Assembly: GCA_963816145.1 (NCBI GenBank)
Contig: CAWFJP010000031.1
Location: 1-64,000, forward strand
Origin: an uncultured delta proteobacterium
Lineage (GTDB): Bacteria; Desulfobacterota; Binatia; UBA9968
DNA length: 64,000 bases
Direction of reading: 5' to 3'
A program made the translations under genes and the position numbers. Within the stretch, counting starts at the first letter, position 1. Each line of letters begins with the position of its first letter. Positions 31,992 to 42,285 of the stretch are shown here, piece after piece. A model generated the notes under the pieces. That model was not told where the DNA came from and did not search any database. It saw nothing but the letters and a program-made list of their open reading frames with translations.

Positions 31992-32504
31992 ATGAAACCG
32001 CTGATCAATTCGTTGCCTGAAACGGTTTTTACCACCAATGTCGACCATCTGCTCAATTGGGGCCGGGCGTCTTCGCAGTGGTACATGCTGTTCGGATTGG
32101 CTTGCTGTGCCATCGAACTTATGCAGACCGGCGGGCCGCGCGCCGATCTCGACCGTTTCGGCGCCGTGCCGCGGGCAACGCCAAGGCAATCGGATCTGAT
32201 GATCGTTGCCGGCACGCTGACCTATAAGATGGCCAAGCGCACCAAGCTGCTCTACGACCAGATGCCCGATCCCAAATATGTCATTTCCATGGGCAGCTGC
32301 TCGAATTGCGGCGGACTATTTCAGCTGGCCTATTCGGTCTGCAAAGGCGTCGATAAGATCGTCCCGGTGGATGTGTACGTGCCCGGCTGTCCGCCGCGCC
32401 CGGAAGCGCTGACCGAGGGGTTGTTGCGGATTCAGGACAAGATGATGCGCGAACGTTGGCTGGTCAAGGCGCCTGAAGTCGAAGGCGATGGAGCCGGAGC
32501 TTAA
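31992..32504 (+). CDS. nuoB: NADH-quinone oxidoreductase subunit B
   Basis: [26 protein letters not shown]. Confidence 0.95.
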   Translation: MKPLINSLPETVFTTNVDHLLNWGRASSQWYMLFGLACCAIELMQTGGPRADLDRFGAVPRATPRQSDLMIVAGTLTYKMAKRTKLLYDQMPDPKYVISMGSCSNCGGLFQLAYSVCKGVDKIVPVDVYVPGCPPRPEALTEGLLRIQDKMMRERWLVKAPEVEGDGAGA

Positions 32505-32513
32505 GATTCGACC

Positions 32514-33020
32514 ATGGAAGCCAAAGAAACCTACGCGTCGCTGGAAAAACTTTTTCCCGGCAAAGTCCGCGACTTCAAAGACGATGTGCTCGAGCCTTAC
32601 CTAAACGTCGAAAAAGAGCATATCGTTGAAATCTGCCATTTTCTGCGAACCGCACAGAGTTTTAGATTTGAAGTGCTGTCGGATCTGACCGCCATCGATT
32701 GGCCCAAGGAAGAAAAGATTCAGGCCGTTTACCACCTGTTTTCCTACGCTCACAATCATCAGATCGTCCTTAAGGTCGATTTGCCGCGCGACAATCCCAA
32801 GATCGCGACGGTCGAAGACCAGTGGAAAGTCGCCAATTGGTTCGAGCGCGAAGTGTACGATCTCTTCGGTGTGATCTTCGAAGGCCACAGCGACCTGCGC
32901 CGCATCATGTTGCCGGAGGATTGGGTCGGCTTCCCGCTGCGCAAGGATTATGTCGAACAGGAAGAATATGACGGCATCAGCACTCAGCGCGCGCCACTGG
33001 TCGAAAAATTGTTGCGATAA
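32514..33020 (+). CDS. nuoC: NADH-quinone oxidoreductase subunit C
   Basis: ANWFEREVYDLFG, HSDLRRI, PLRKDY. Confidence 0.94.
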   Translation: MEAKETYASLEKLFPGKVRDFKDDVLEPYLNVEKEHIVEICHFLRTAQSFRFEVLSDLTAIDWPKEEKIQAVYHLFSYAHNHQIVLKVDLPRDNPKIATVEDQWKVANWFEREVYDLFGVIFEGHSDLRRIMLPEDWVGFPLRKDYVEQEEYDGISTQRAPLVEKLLR

Positions 33021-33029
33021 GGTTTATTG

Positions 33030-34166
33030 ATGAGCGATAACGCCGCAGATACTGGCTTTTACGCCGAAGAGATGACCATCAATGTTGGGCCGCAGCATCC
33101 CAGCACTCATGGGGTGTTGCGCTTCGTGGTCAAGACCGACGGCGAGATGATCAATGAAGCGATTCCCGATGTTGGTTACTTGCATCGCTCCATCGAGAAG
33201 ATTGGCGAAAAAGTTACTTACCACGGCTATGTGCCGTACACCGACCGGGCCGATTATCTGGCGGCGATGTTTGCCAATCAGGCCTTCTGCATGGCGGCGG
33301 AAAAGCTCGGCAAGACTGAAGTGTCGCGCCGTGGCGAATTTTGCCGGGTGATCGCTTGCGAGCTCAATCGGATCGCCAGCCATCTTATTTCGGTGGGCAC
33401 TTTCGGCCAGGATATCGGCGCCATGACGCCGTTCGTCCACGCCCTGCGCGAGCGCGAAACCATCAACAATTTGATGGAGGAGATTTGCGGCGCCCGGCTG
33501 ACCTACAATTATATCCGCATCGGCGGCGTCGGTTACGACATTGTGCCGTCGACGATGGCTAAAATCGCCGAGTTCCTCGATCATTTCGAGCCGATTGTCG
33601 AGGAGTTCAACCGTTTGCTGTCAGGCAACAAGATTTTCATCGAGCGTTTGGCTGGTGTCGCGGTGGTGACCAAAGAGGACGCGCTGTCCTATAATCTGGT
33701 CGGACCCAATCTGCGCGGCTCTGGAATCAAGTGGGATATCCGCCGCGATATTCCTTATTCAATATATCCAGAATTGGATTTCGAAGTTCCCGTCGGCACG
33801 GCCGAGGTGGGCGCCCTGGGTGATAGTTTTGATCGCTTTTGGGTGCGTATCCGCGAGATGCAGGAGAGCGTCAAAATCTTGCGCCAGTGCATGAAAATGA
33901 TCCCCAAAGGTCCGGCGATCTCCAAGGTGCCGAAAAAATTTCGCCCGCCTGCGGGAGAATATTATGCCCGGGTTGAAGCGCCGCGCGGCGACATGGGTTT
34001 CTATGTGGTCAGCGATGGCAGCGAGTATCCCTACCGAGTGCGCATTCGCACCGGTTCGTTCACGGCGATGAGCATCATCGACAAACTTAGCAAGGGAATT
34101 ATGGTGGCGGATCTTATAGCCTTAATCGGCAGTCTCGATGTCGACGCGCCGGAGATCGACCGCTAG
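33030..34166 (+). CDS. nuoD: NADH-quinone oxidoreductase subunit D
   Basis: [31 protein letters not shown]-terminal EIDR; no NiFe CxxC motifs. Confidence 0.95.
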   Translation: MSDNAADTGFYAEEMTINVGPQHPSTHGVLRFVVKTDGEMINEAIPDVGYLHRSIEKIGEKVTYHGYVPYTDRADYLAAMFANQAFCMAAEKLGKTEVSRRGEFCRVIACELNRIASHLISVGTFGQDIGAMTPFVHALRERETINNLMEEICGARLTYNYIRIGGVGYDIVPSTMAKIAEFLDHFEPIVEEFNRLLSGNKIFIERLAGVAVVTKEDALSYNLVGPNLRGSGIKWDIRRDIPYSIYPELDFEVPVGTAEVGALGDSFDRFWVRIREMQESVKILRQCMKMIPKGPAISKVPKKFRPPAGEYYARVEAPRGDMGFYVVSDGSEYPYRVRIRTGSFTAMSIIDKLSKGIMVADLIALIGSLDVDAPEIDR

Positions 34167-34183
34167 TTTTTTCCGAGATCCAT

Positions 34184-35374
34184 ATGCAAGCTCTTCTCGA
34201 CCAAATGATCCAAGAGGGCGCTTTCGCCGGCGTCCCTAAAGAAGTCGTTTACGCCATCGCCATGGTGCTCACGGCGGTGGTGGTCTTGTCAGTGTTCGTT
34301 GCGCCGCTAGCCGGCGTGACCAGCTGGCTCGAACGGCGGGTCTGGGCGCGCATGCAGTCGCGCGTCGGTCCCAACCGGGTCGGGCCGCAAGGGATACTCC
34401 AGTGGCTCGCCGACGGCATCAAGAACATCATGAAGGAAGACATCATTCCGGCGGCGGCGGATCAGAAGCTATTTCCGCTGGCGCCCTATGTCGTTTTCAT
34501 GGGCTTTCTCTGCACCTTCGTGGTCATTCCCTTCGGTGAAAATTTGATCGTCGCCGATCTTAACATCGGCATTCTCTATATTCTCGCGGTGACTTCGCTG
34601 GTGGTGGTCGGCATTCTCATGGCCGGTTGGGCGTCGAACAACAAATGGTCGCTGCTCGGCGGCATGCGCTCGGCGGCGCAGATCGTCAGCTATGAAATTC
34701 CCGCCGGTTTGGCGCTGTTAAGCGTGGTATTTCTCTCAGGCACGCTGAGCATTCAGGGGATCATCAAAGCCCAGGGCTGGGCCCCTTGGGATTGGTTCCT
34801 TTTCCACAATCCATTTACTTTCTGTGCCTTCTTCCTCTATTTCACTGCGGCGTTGGCCGAAGGCAACCGCACCCCGTTCGATATCCCCGAAGCCGAATCG
34901 GAGCTGGTCGCCGGTTATGTGACAGAATATAGCGGCATGCGCTTTCTGTTTTTCTTCTTTGCCGAGTGGGGCAATCTTTACGTTATTGGCGCTGTGGCCA
35001 CGTCGCTGTTCATGGGCGGCTGGCAAGTGCCGGCGTTCTTTGACGGCTATCCTGCGCTCAAAGGGGTTGCCCAGTTCGTCACGTTTTTCCTAAAAGCTTA
35101 TTCCTGGGTGTTTGTGGCGATGTGGATCCGCGCGACCTTGCCGCGCGTGCGCGTCGATCAACTGATGGCGCTGTGCTGGAAGTATATGGTACCGCTGTCA
35201 TTTGTTTGTTTGATGGGCACCATCGGCTTTATGTTCATGTCCGATCAGGGACGGCGGATTTTTGGCGCGATCACGCTGGGCTTTGCCATCGCCACGATTA
35301 TCAATTTTTTCCGCCGGGTCGGCTTTCAATTCCGCGCCGCTAAACCCGAAGCTTATTGGAAGCCGCATATTTAG
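34184..35374 (+). CDS. nuoH: NADH-quinone oxidoreductase subunit H
   Basis: RVGPNRVGP, AQIVSYE, NRTPFDIPEAESELVAG. Confidence 0.95.
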   Translation: MQALLDQMIQEGAFAGVPKEVVYAIAMVLTAVVVLSVFVAPLAGVTSWLERRVWARMQSRVGPNRVGPQGILQWLADGIKNIMKEDIIPAAADQKLFPLAPYVVFMGFLCTFVVIPFGENLIVADLNIGILYILAVTSLVVVGILMAGWASNNKWSLLGGMRSAAQIVSYEIPAGLALLSVVFLSGTLSIQGIIKAQGWAPWDWFLFHNPFTFCAFFLYFTAALAEGNRTPFDIPEAESELVAGYVTEYSGMRFLFFFFAEWGNLYVIGAVATSLFMGGWQVPAFFDGYPALKGVAQFVTFFLKAYSWVFVAMWIRATLPRVRVDQLMALCWKYMVPLSFVCLMGTIGFMFMSDQGRRIFGAITLGFAIATIINFFRRVGFQFRAAKPEAYWKPHI

Positions 35375-35387
35375 CTATTGAGGGACT

Positions 35388-35951
35388 ATGGGCATTGTTA
35401 CGAGCTACGTAAAAGATATTCAGGCCGCGATCACATCGACCTTCGAAGGGATGTCGATTACCTTCTCCCATTTGATGCGCCGGCCAATGACCATCCAGTA
35501 TCCGGACAAGATCCCGGTGCCGATCCAAGAGACCTTGCCGCTGCGTTACCGCGGCATCCTCGAAGTCGATCTCGATATTTGCACCGGCTGCCTGGCTTGC
35601 GAGCGTATTTGTCCGATCACCTGCATTACCATTGGCATCGACATGAACAAGGAGACCAAGCAGCGCCAGTTCGCTCACTTCGATATCGATGTTTGTAAGT
35701 GCATGTATTGCGGCCTGTGCTCGGAGGTCTGCCCGACCGGGGCGATCCGTCACTCGCAGGAGTTCGAAGGCGCCAGCTATAACCCGGCGGGCCTGGTCCG
35801 CCATTTCGCGCCGGAGCCGTCGAATCTCTACAAACCCAAGAAGGGTGGCGAGACCGAGCCAAAGTTGGTCGCCAAAGTCGATATCGGTCTAAAATATCTG
35901 GACGAATTTGCCACGCCGGATGGAGGAGGGGCCGCCGAGGAGGAAGCATAG
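35388..35951 (+). CDS. nuoI: NADH-quinone oxidoreductase subunit I
   Basis: TIQYP and two CxxCxxCxxxCP motifs. Confidence 0.93.
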   Translation: MGIVTSYVKDIQAAITSTFEGMSITFSHLMRRPMTIQYPDKIPVPIQETLPLRYRGILEVDLDICTGCLACERICPITCITIGIDMNKETKQRQFAHFDIDVCKCMYCGLCSEVCPTGAIRHSQEFEGASYNPAGLVRHFAPEPSNLYKPKKGGETEPKLVAKVDIGLKYLDEFATPDGGGAAEEEA

Positions 35952-36069
35952 GCGTCTGGAGCGGGGCGGTATCTCCATTTAGTTGCATGCCCCTTGATCC
36001 CTTACGGATCTTCCGATAAGTCAGCGAAAACGTCTGCAACTTTCCGCGTTCCCAAAAGCTGAGTAGGGT

Positions 36070-36570
36070 ATGAGTGTATCAACGGCGGTTTTTTATCTAA
36101 TTGCGCTGCTCACCATCGGGTCAGCCGGCATGGTGGCGTTCTCGCGCAATATCATCTACTCGGCGTTCTCCCTGCTGGGCACTTTCATGGGCGTCGCCGG
36201 GTTGTATATTTTCCTCGGCGCGGACTTCGTCGCGGCGGTGCAGGTGCTGATCTATGTCGGCGGCATCCTGGTGCTGATCTTATTTGCGGTCATGCTCACC
36301 CACCGAATCACCGATGTGACGATCACCAATCGCGCCGCCGGCCGCATCCCGGCGCTGATCGTCATCGGCGGGTTGGTTTACTTTCTGATTCAGACGGTGA
36401 AGACCACACCCTGGCTCAAGGCCAAGGATGTCGTCTTCGCGGCGACGACAGCGAAGATCGGTGATGCATTCCTATATGACTACCTACTGCCGTTTGAGCT
36501 TGCCTCGGTGATCCTGCTGGCGGCGATGATCGGTGCGGTGGTGATATCTCGTAAGGAGATCAAAGAGTAG
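36070..36570 (+). CDS. nuoJ: NADH-quinone oxidoreductase subunit J
   Basis: QVLIYVGGILVLILF, PFELAS. Confidence 0.93.
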   Translation: MSVSTAVFYLIALLTIGSAGMVAFSRNIIYSAFSLLGTFMGVAGLYIFLGADFVAAVQVLIYVGGILVLILFAVMLTHRITDVTITNRAAGRIPALIVIGGLVYFLIQTVKTTPWLKAKDVVFAATTAKIGDAFLYDYLLPFELASVILLAAMIGAVVISRKEIKE

Positions 36571-36572
36571 TC

Positions 36573-36884
36573 ATGTCGCCCAACGATCTCTCCTCGTACT
36601 TGACCATCGGCGCAATTCTCTTTGCCCTCGGATTATTCACGGTGTTAACGCGACGCAACGCCATCAGCGTGTTGATGGGTGTCGAACTTATTCTTAACAG
36701 CGCGAACATCAATTATGTCGCCTTTTCCCACTTCGGCAGCGGCAATAGCGCCGGGCAGATTTACGCGATCTTTGTCATCATGTTGGCGGCGGCGGAGGCG
36801 GCGGTGGGGCTGGCGATCGTCTTAGCGATCTTCAAACTGTTCCACACCATCGATGTCGAAGCCGCCGAAACGATGAAAGACTAA
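36573..36884 (+). CDS. nuoK: NADH-quinone oxidoreductase subunit K
   Basis: RRNAI, ELILNS, AAAEAAVGLAI. Confidence 0.94.
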   Translation: MSPNDLSSYLTIGAILFALGLFTVLTRRNAISVLMGVELILNSANINYVAFSHFGSGNSAGQIYAIFVIMLAAAEAAVGLAIVLAIFKLFHTIDVEAAETMKD

Positions 36885-36886
36885 CA

Positions 36887-36989
36887 ATTTTGGATTTTGG
36901 ATTATCGGATGACGGCGCGACAATTCGAGGCGGGGTATAACACCAACCGTCTTCTTCAATCTAAAATCCAAAATCCCAAATCCAAAATG
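36887..36989. repeat. Inverted heptamer-repeat element (TTTTGGA units ... TCCAAAA units) inside the nuo operon
   Basis: attttggattttggatt ... aatctaaaatccaaaatcccaaatccaaaat. Confidence 0.7.
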
Positions 36990-37019
36990 GGGCGGGGTTT
37001 TTAGGGGTCATAAGGTTAG

Positions 37020-39062
37020 ATGGATAACCCAATACAGACGGACTTTATACGCTGGATCGTATTTCTGCCTTTGCTCGGCGCCATTGTTAATGGCTTGCTC
37101 GGCGCCAAGATTCAAAAAAGTTTGGGCAAGGGTGCCATCGGCGTGATTGCTTGCGCGCCGGTGATCGTTGCCTTTGTCTTGTCCGTCAACGCCTTTCTCA
37201 CGCTCAAGGGGCTTGAACCGGAAAAGCGCTTTATCATCGACAACCTCTATCGCTGGATCGATCTCGGCTCGCTCAAGGTCGACATGGCGTTTCTGGTCGA
37301 TCCGTTGTCGTCGGTGATGATCCTGGTCGTCACCGGCATCGGCGGTCTCATCCATATATACGCTACCGGTTACATGCACGATGACAATGGGTTCTGGCGT
37401 TTCTTCGCTTATCTCAATTTATTTACCGCGGCGATGTTGACCTTGGTGTTGGGCGACAGCCTGCTCCTGCTGTTCGTCGGTTGGGAAGGCGTTGGTCTTT
37501 GCTCTTACGCGCTGATCGGTTTTTGGTACCAAGACCATGCTAACGCGCGCGCCGGCAATAAAGCTTTCATCGTTAACCGGGTCGGCGACTTTGGCTTTGT
37601 TCTCGGCATGTTCTTACTGTTCTGGTCCCTCGACGCTCAAGGTCATGGATCATTGACTGTTCGCGAGATGGCCAAATGGGCGCCGTCGATCAAGGATTCG
37701 CTCATTTGGGGTTGGCCAGTCGTTACCGTTGCCACGCTACTCCTTTTCGTCGGCGCTACCGGTAAGTCGGCGCAGATTCCACTGTTCGTCTGGCTCCCCG
37801 ACGCCATGGCCGGGCCGACGCCAGTGAGCGCACTGATCCACGCGGCGACCATGGTCACCGCCGGTGTTTACATGACGGCGCGGATGAACGTGTTCTTTTC
37901 CATGGCACCGGCAACTTTAAATGTCATCGCGATCATTGGTGTCGCCACCGCGTTACTGGCGGCGACCATCGCGCTGACGCAAAATGATATCAAAAAAGTT
38001 CTGGCCTACTCGACCGTCAGTCAGTTGGGCTACATGTTCATCGGTGTCGGCGTCGGCGGCTACGCGGCCGCTGTGTTTCATCTGATGACCCACGCTTTTT
38101 TCAAAGCCTGTCTCTTCCTCGGCGCCGGCAGCGTGATTCACGCCATGCACCATGAGCAGGACATGCGCAAAATGGGCGGCTTGAAGCAGTGGATGCCGAT
38201 CACCTTCGCGACTTTCATCATTTCGGTGCTCGCCATCGCCGGTTTCCCGCCGTTTGCCGGTTTTTTCTCCAAGGACGAAATTCTTTGGCTCGCGTTCACC
38301 AGTGAACATGGCAACAAGTTCGTTTGGTTCTTAGCCCTATGCGGCGCCGGCATGACCGCGTTCTATATGTTCCGCCAACTATTCATGACCTTTTACGGCA
38401 AGTGCCGCGCCGATCATCACACCCAGGAACATCTGCATGAATCGCCATCGCTGATGACCATGCCGCTGGTGGTGTTGGCGATTGGCGCGGTGTTTGCCGG
38501 TCTGATCGGTTTGCCCGGCGTGTTGGGCGGCAGCCAGTTTGCCCATTGGCTGGAACCGGTCATTCATGGTCACGCGGAAGGCCATGCCTCCCATGCCTTG
38601 GAGTGGGGCTTGATGGCAGTTTCAGTTTCGGTGGCATCCTTCGGGGTCTTTATCGCTTTTCTCATGTACCGGCGCGAGTCCTTGTCACCTGATACCTTTG
38701 TCAATCTTGCCGGCGGTCTGCCGTATCGCCTATTCGATCGTAAATGGTATGTCGACGAAATCTATCAAGCGATTTTCGTCAATGGCACGTTGATGCTAGC
38801 GCGTTTCTGGTCGGCATTCGATGCCTATATCGTCGACGGCATCGTCAATGGCGTGGCCGCGGTGACGCGCTTCATATCTTGGCTCGACGGCTTGTTCGAT
38901 GCCTATATCGTCGACGGGTTGGTCAATGCGCTGGCCAATGTGACCTACTGGGCGGGCAACCGCTTCCGCCGACTGCAGACCGGCAATATCAACGGTTATC
39001 TCTACGGCATCATCATCGCGATGGCGGTCGCGGTGTATGTAAAGATCCGATACTGGACCTGA
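37020..39062 (+). CDS. nuoL: NADH-quinone oxidoreductase subunit L
   Basis: GWEGVG, GKSAQIPL..WLPDAMAGPTPVSALIHAATMV, HAFFKA. Confidence 0.95.
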   Translation: MDNPIQTDFIRWIVFLPLLGAIVNGLLGAKIQKSLGKGAIGVIACAPVIVAFVLSVNAFLTLKGLEPEKRFIIDNLYRWIDLGSLKVDMAFLVDPLSSVMILVVTGIGGLIHIYATGYMHDDNGFWRFFAYLNLFTAAMLTLVLGDSLLLLFVGWEGVGLCSYALIGFWYQDHANARAGNKAFIVNRVGDFGFVLGMFLLFWSLDAQGHGSLTVREMAKWAPSIKDSLIWGWPVVTVATLLLFVGATGKSAQIPLFVWLPDAMAGPTPVSALIHAATMVTAGVYMTARMNVFFSMAPATLNVIAIIGVATALLAATIALTQNDIKKVLAYSTVSQLGYMFIGVGVGGYAAAVFHLMTHAFFKACLFLGAGSVIHAMHHEQDMRKMGGLKQWMPITFATFIISVLAIAGFPPFAGFFSKDEILWLAFTSEHGNKFVWFLALCGAGMTAFYMFRQLFMTFYGKCRADHHTQEHLHESPSLMTMPLVVLAIGAVFAGLIGLPGVLGGSQFAHWLEPVIHGHAEGHASHALEWGLMAVSVSVASFGVFIAFLMYRRESLSPDTFVNLAGGLPYRLFDRKWYVDEIYQAIFVNGTLMLARFWSAFDAYIVDGIVNGVAAVTRFISWLDGLFDAYIVDGLVNALANVTYWAGNRFRRLQTGNINGYLYGIIIAMAVAVYVKIRYWT

Positions 39063-39084
39063 TTTTCATTGGAGCATAGAGAAG

Positions 39085-40602
39085 ATGCAAAATATTCTCA
39101 CCTACATGACGTTTATTCCGCTGGCAGGGGCGGCGGTGGTTTTGGCGTTGCCCAACAACGCCAAGCTGGTCCGCTGGTTTTCCGCCATCGTCACCGTGCC
39201 GCCATTGTTGATGGCGATCTGGCTGTTTAACAATTTCGACCGGACTACGGCTAAATTTCAGTTCGTTGAAGATTACCATTGGATCCCCGCCTACAACATC
39301 AGCTACACCATGGGCGTCGATGGTTTGAGTATTTCCATGGTGCTGCTCACCGCGCTGCTCAGTTTCATCTGCATTTTCGCTTCGTTCGGCATTGAAAAAG
39401 CGGTCAAGGGCTATTTCTCTCTGTTTCTCTTGCTCGACGCCGGCATGATGGGCGTGTTCTGCGCCCTGGATTTTTTCCTGTTTTACGTTTTCTGGGAAGT
39501 CATGCTGTTGCCGATGTATTTTCTCATCGGTATTTGGGGCGGGCCGCGGCGCGAGTATGCCGCCATCAAGTTTTTTCTCTATACCCTGTTCGGCAGCGTC
39601 TTGATGCTCTTGGCGATTCTCGCGCTCTATTTTACCGTCGAACCGCACACCTTCGACATGCGGATTTTGATGTCTCAAGCGAGCAAGTACAGCACTGCGG
39701 TGTTGCCGATGTGGCCGTTTAACGGCTGGGGTTGGAGCTTCCAGCATGCGATCTGGATGGCGCTGTTTATCGGCTTCGCGATCAAGATCCCGGCGTTTCC
39801 GTTTCATACTTGGTTGCCCGATGCGCACGTCGAAGCACCGACGGCGATTTCGGTCATCCTCGCCGGCGTGCTCTTGAAAATGGGCACCTACGGTATTTTG
39901 CGCACCAACTTTCCCATGCTGCCGGTGGCGACCGCCGATTTGGCTTACTGGTTTCTTGGCGCCCTCGGCGCTTGGAATATTATTTACGGCGCGCTCTGCG
40001 CCATGGCGCAGAAAGATCTAAAGAAATTGGTCGCCTACTCCAGCGTCAGCCACATGGGTTACGTCATGCTCGGCATGGCGAGCTTTACCACCCAGGGGTT
40101 GAACGGCGCGGTGTTGCAGATGTTCAATCACGGCACCATCACCGGCATGTTGTTCCTCTTGGTCGGTGTGGTCTACGATCGGGCGCATCATCGTGAGATT
40201 GACGGCTTCGGCGGCTTGGCGGCGATCATGCCGGTCTATACCGGCATCACCGCGCTGGCTTTCTTCGCGTCCATGGGATTACCGGGGCTTTCCGGCTTCA
40301 TTTCGGAAATCTTGGTCCTCCTCGGCACCTGGCAAAAGTATCCGGTGTTGACGATTTGCGGCGCCAGCGGTGTCATTCTCACCGCAGGATATTTGCTCTG
40401 GACGATCCAGCGGGTTTACCTTGGACCGCCCAATGAGAAGTATTTGAAAATGGCCGACATCAATGGCCGGGAGATTTTCACCCTGGTGCCTTTGGGCGTG
40501 ATCGTCATCATTGTCGGAGTTTATCCCAGCGTGGTGCTCGACATGCTGCGCACGACCTTGGACTCGATCAATGCAATCGTTATCCCGCATTTGCACGGCT
40601 AG
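39085..40602 (+). CDS. nuoM: NADH-quinone oxidoreductase subunit M
   Basis: GVDGLS, FWEVMLLP, HTWLPDAHVEAPT, AYSSVSHMG. Confidence 0.95.
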   Translation: MQNILTYMTFIPLAGAAVVLALPNNAKLVRWFSAIVTVPPLLMAIWLFNNFDRTTAKFQFVEDYHWIPAYNISYTMGVDGLSISMVLLTALLSFICIFASFGIEKAVKGYFSLFLLLDAGMMGVFCALDFFLFYVFWEVMLLPMYFLIGIWGGPRREYAAIKFFLYTLFGSVLMLLAILALYFTVEPHTFDMRILMSQASKYSTAVLPMWPFNGWGWSFQHAIWMALFIGFAIKIPAFPFHTWLPDAHVEAPTAISVILAGVLLKMGTYGILRTNFPMLPVATADLAYWFLGALGAWNIIYGALCAMAQKDLKKLVAYSSVSHMGYVMLGMASFTTQGLNGAVLQMFNHGTITGMLFLLVGVVYDRAHHREIDGFGGLAAIMPVYTGITALAFFASMGLPGLSGFISEILVLLGTWQKYPVLTICGASGVILTAGYLLWTIQRVYLGPPNEKYLKMADINGREIFTLVPLGVIVIIVGVYPSVVLDMLRTTLDSINAIVIPHLHG

Positions 40603-40605
40603 ATC

Positions 40606-42090
40606 ATGGATCTGAAGAACGTCGCGAGTCTCACATTCTTTTGTCCGGAGATCGTTCTCTCCGCGACGATCTTGTTGATCATTGTTCTCGATTTGATCGC
40701 GCAGAGCCGGCGTTGGCCCGCGGCATTAGCGCTAATCGGCTGCCTGTGCTCGCTGATCGTTTCCTTCGATCTATATAGCGCTCAACCAGGGTTGTTGTTT
40801 CACCGCATGATCGTTCTGGACAACTTCAGTATCTTTTTCAAAGTGTTTTCCTTGGTGGCGACGATCCTGTGTATTCTCATGTCCATTGGCAGCAAGGAGA
40901 TCGACCGGGTCCATGAAGGCGAGTACTACGCTCTGCTTCTAACTTGCACGCTCGGCATGTTTTTTATGGCGTCGTCGAGCAATCTCTTAATGGCCTATCT
41001 GTCCCTCGAAATGGTCAGTCTCGGCTCCTATGTCTTGACCGGCTTTTTGCCCCATAGCCGGCGCTCCAGCGAAGCGGCGCTGAAATATTTGATTTACGGC
41101 GGTGTCGCTTCCGGCACCATGATCTATGGCATGAGCTGGATCTTCGGCATGACCGGCAGTTTGGATTATTCGGCGATTCAACTCGCCTTAAGCCAGGAAG
41201 GAATCAGCAAAGCGGCGTTGTTCATTGCGTTTATTTTCATCTTGGCAGGCTTTGGCTACAAGATCGTTTTCTTCCCATTTCACATGTGGTCGCCGGATGT
41301 CTATCAAGGCGCGCCGACGCCGTTTACGGCGTATCTCTCGGTGGCATCCAATAGCGCCGGCTTGGCGATCATGATCCGCTTCTTTTTTCCCGGTATGTCT
41401 AAGCTTATGGCCTCGGGCGACTGGGCATTTACCGCTGGGGTGGAATGGCCGCAGGTACTTCTCGCCTTGAGCATGCTGACCATGACGATCGGCAATCTCT
41501 GCGCCCTCAATCAGCGCAATGTCAAACGCATGCTCGCGTATTCCGGCATCGCCCACGCAGGTTATATGATGATGGGCCTGGCGATTCTCAACAACGAGGG
41601 CCTCGCGGCGATCCTGTTCTACGCCGTGGTTTATATGATCATGAATATTGGCGCCTTCCTGGTCGTGGGCATGATTTCCAATGTCACCGGCGATGAGGAT
41701 ATTGAAGACTACCGCGGCCTCGCCTGGCGCGGCGCCACAGTGCCGGCAGTTTGTCTGGCGATTTTTCTTTTCTCGCTGACCGGCCTGCCGCCGTTCGCCG
41801 GCTTCGTGGGCAAGTTCTTCTTGTTTTCGGCGGTGGTGAAACAGGGCGGTGCCTTCGCCGTGCTCGCCGTCGTCGCCGCCCTCAATAGCGCCGTATCGCT
41901 CTACTATTATGCCAAAGTCGTCAAGACCATGTTTCTTGACTCGCCGACTGCCGAAGATAAACAAATCACTTTGGCGGCCAACAACTTTACTTTGCTGTTG
42001 CCGCTGACTTTTCTGACCGTCCTGTTCGGCCTTTATTTCGCACCGCTGGTGCAGTACACCAACCACTCTCTGCGTTTCTTCATCAAGTAG
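40606..42090 (+). CDS. nuoN: NADH-quinone oxidoreductase subunit N
   Basis: EAALKY, PFHMWSPDVYQGAPTP, KRMLAYSGIAH, GLPPFAGFVGK. Confidence 0.95.
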   Translation: MDLKNVASLTFFCPEIVLSATILLIIVLDLIAQSRRWPAALALIGCLCSLIVSFDLYSAQPGLLFHRMIVLDNFSIFFKVFSLVATILCILMSIGSKEIDRVHEGEYYALLLTCTLGMFFMASSSNLLMAYLSLEMVSLGSYVLTGFLPHSRRSSEAALKYLIYGGVASGTMIYGMSWIFGMTGSLDYSAIQLALSQEGISKAALFIAFIFILAGFGYKIVFFPFHMWSPDVYQGAPTPFTAYLSVASNSAGLAIMIRFFFPGMSKLMASGDWAFTAGVEWPQVLLALSMLTMTIGNLCALNQRNVKRMLAYSGIAHAGYMMMGLAILNNEGLAAILFYAVVYMIMNIGAFLVVGMISNVTGDEDIEDYRGLAWRGATVPAVCLAIFLFSLTGLPPFAGFVGKFFLFSAVVKQGGAFAVLAVVAALNSAVSLYYYAKVVKTMFLDSPTAEDKQITLAANNFTLLLPLTFLTVLFGLYFAPLVQYTNHSLRFFIK

Positions 42091-42285
42091 TTATCGAGCG
42101 GAAACATTGCTTGGCTGCAATGGGCGCAGCATGCTGCGCTTCGTTATTGCGCGCCAAGTCATGTCATTCAATATCGCCCGCAAGCTCTTTCCCACGACTT
42201 GCACCTTGACAACTCTTCCTTGGCCAAATAACTAAGAGCAAGGTTTATTACTAGGCGATCGTTAGCCACTTCCGCGGGAGGATTC

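Noticed and set aside
33030-34166. NuoD as a group 4 NiFe-hydrogenase large subunit
   Set aside because: No N- or C-terminal CxxC nickel ligands; ends in EIDR like NuoD.
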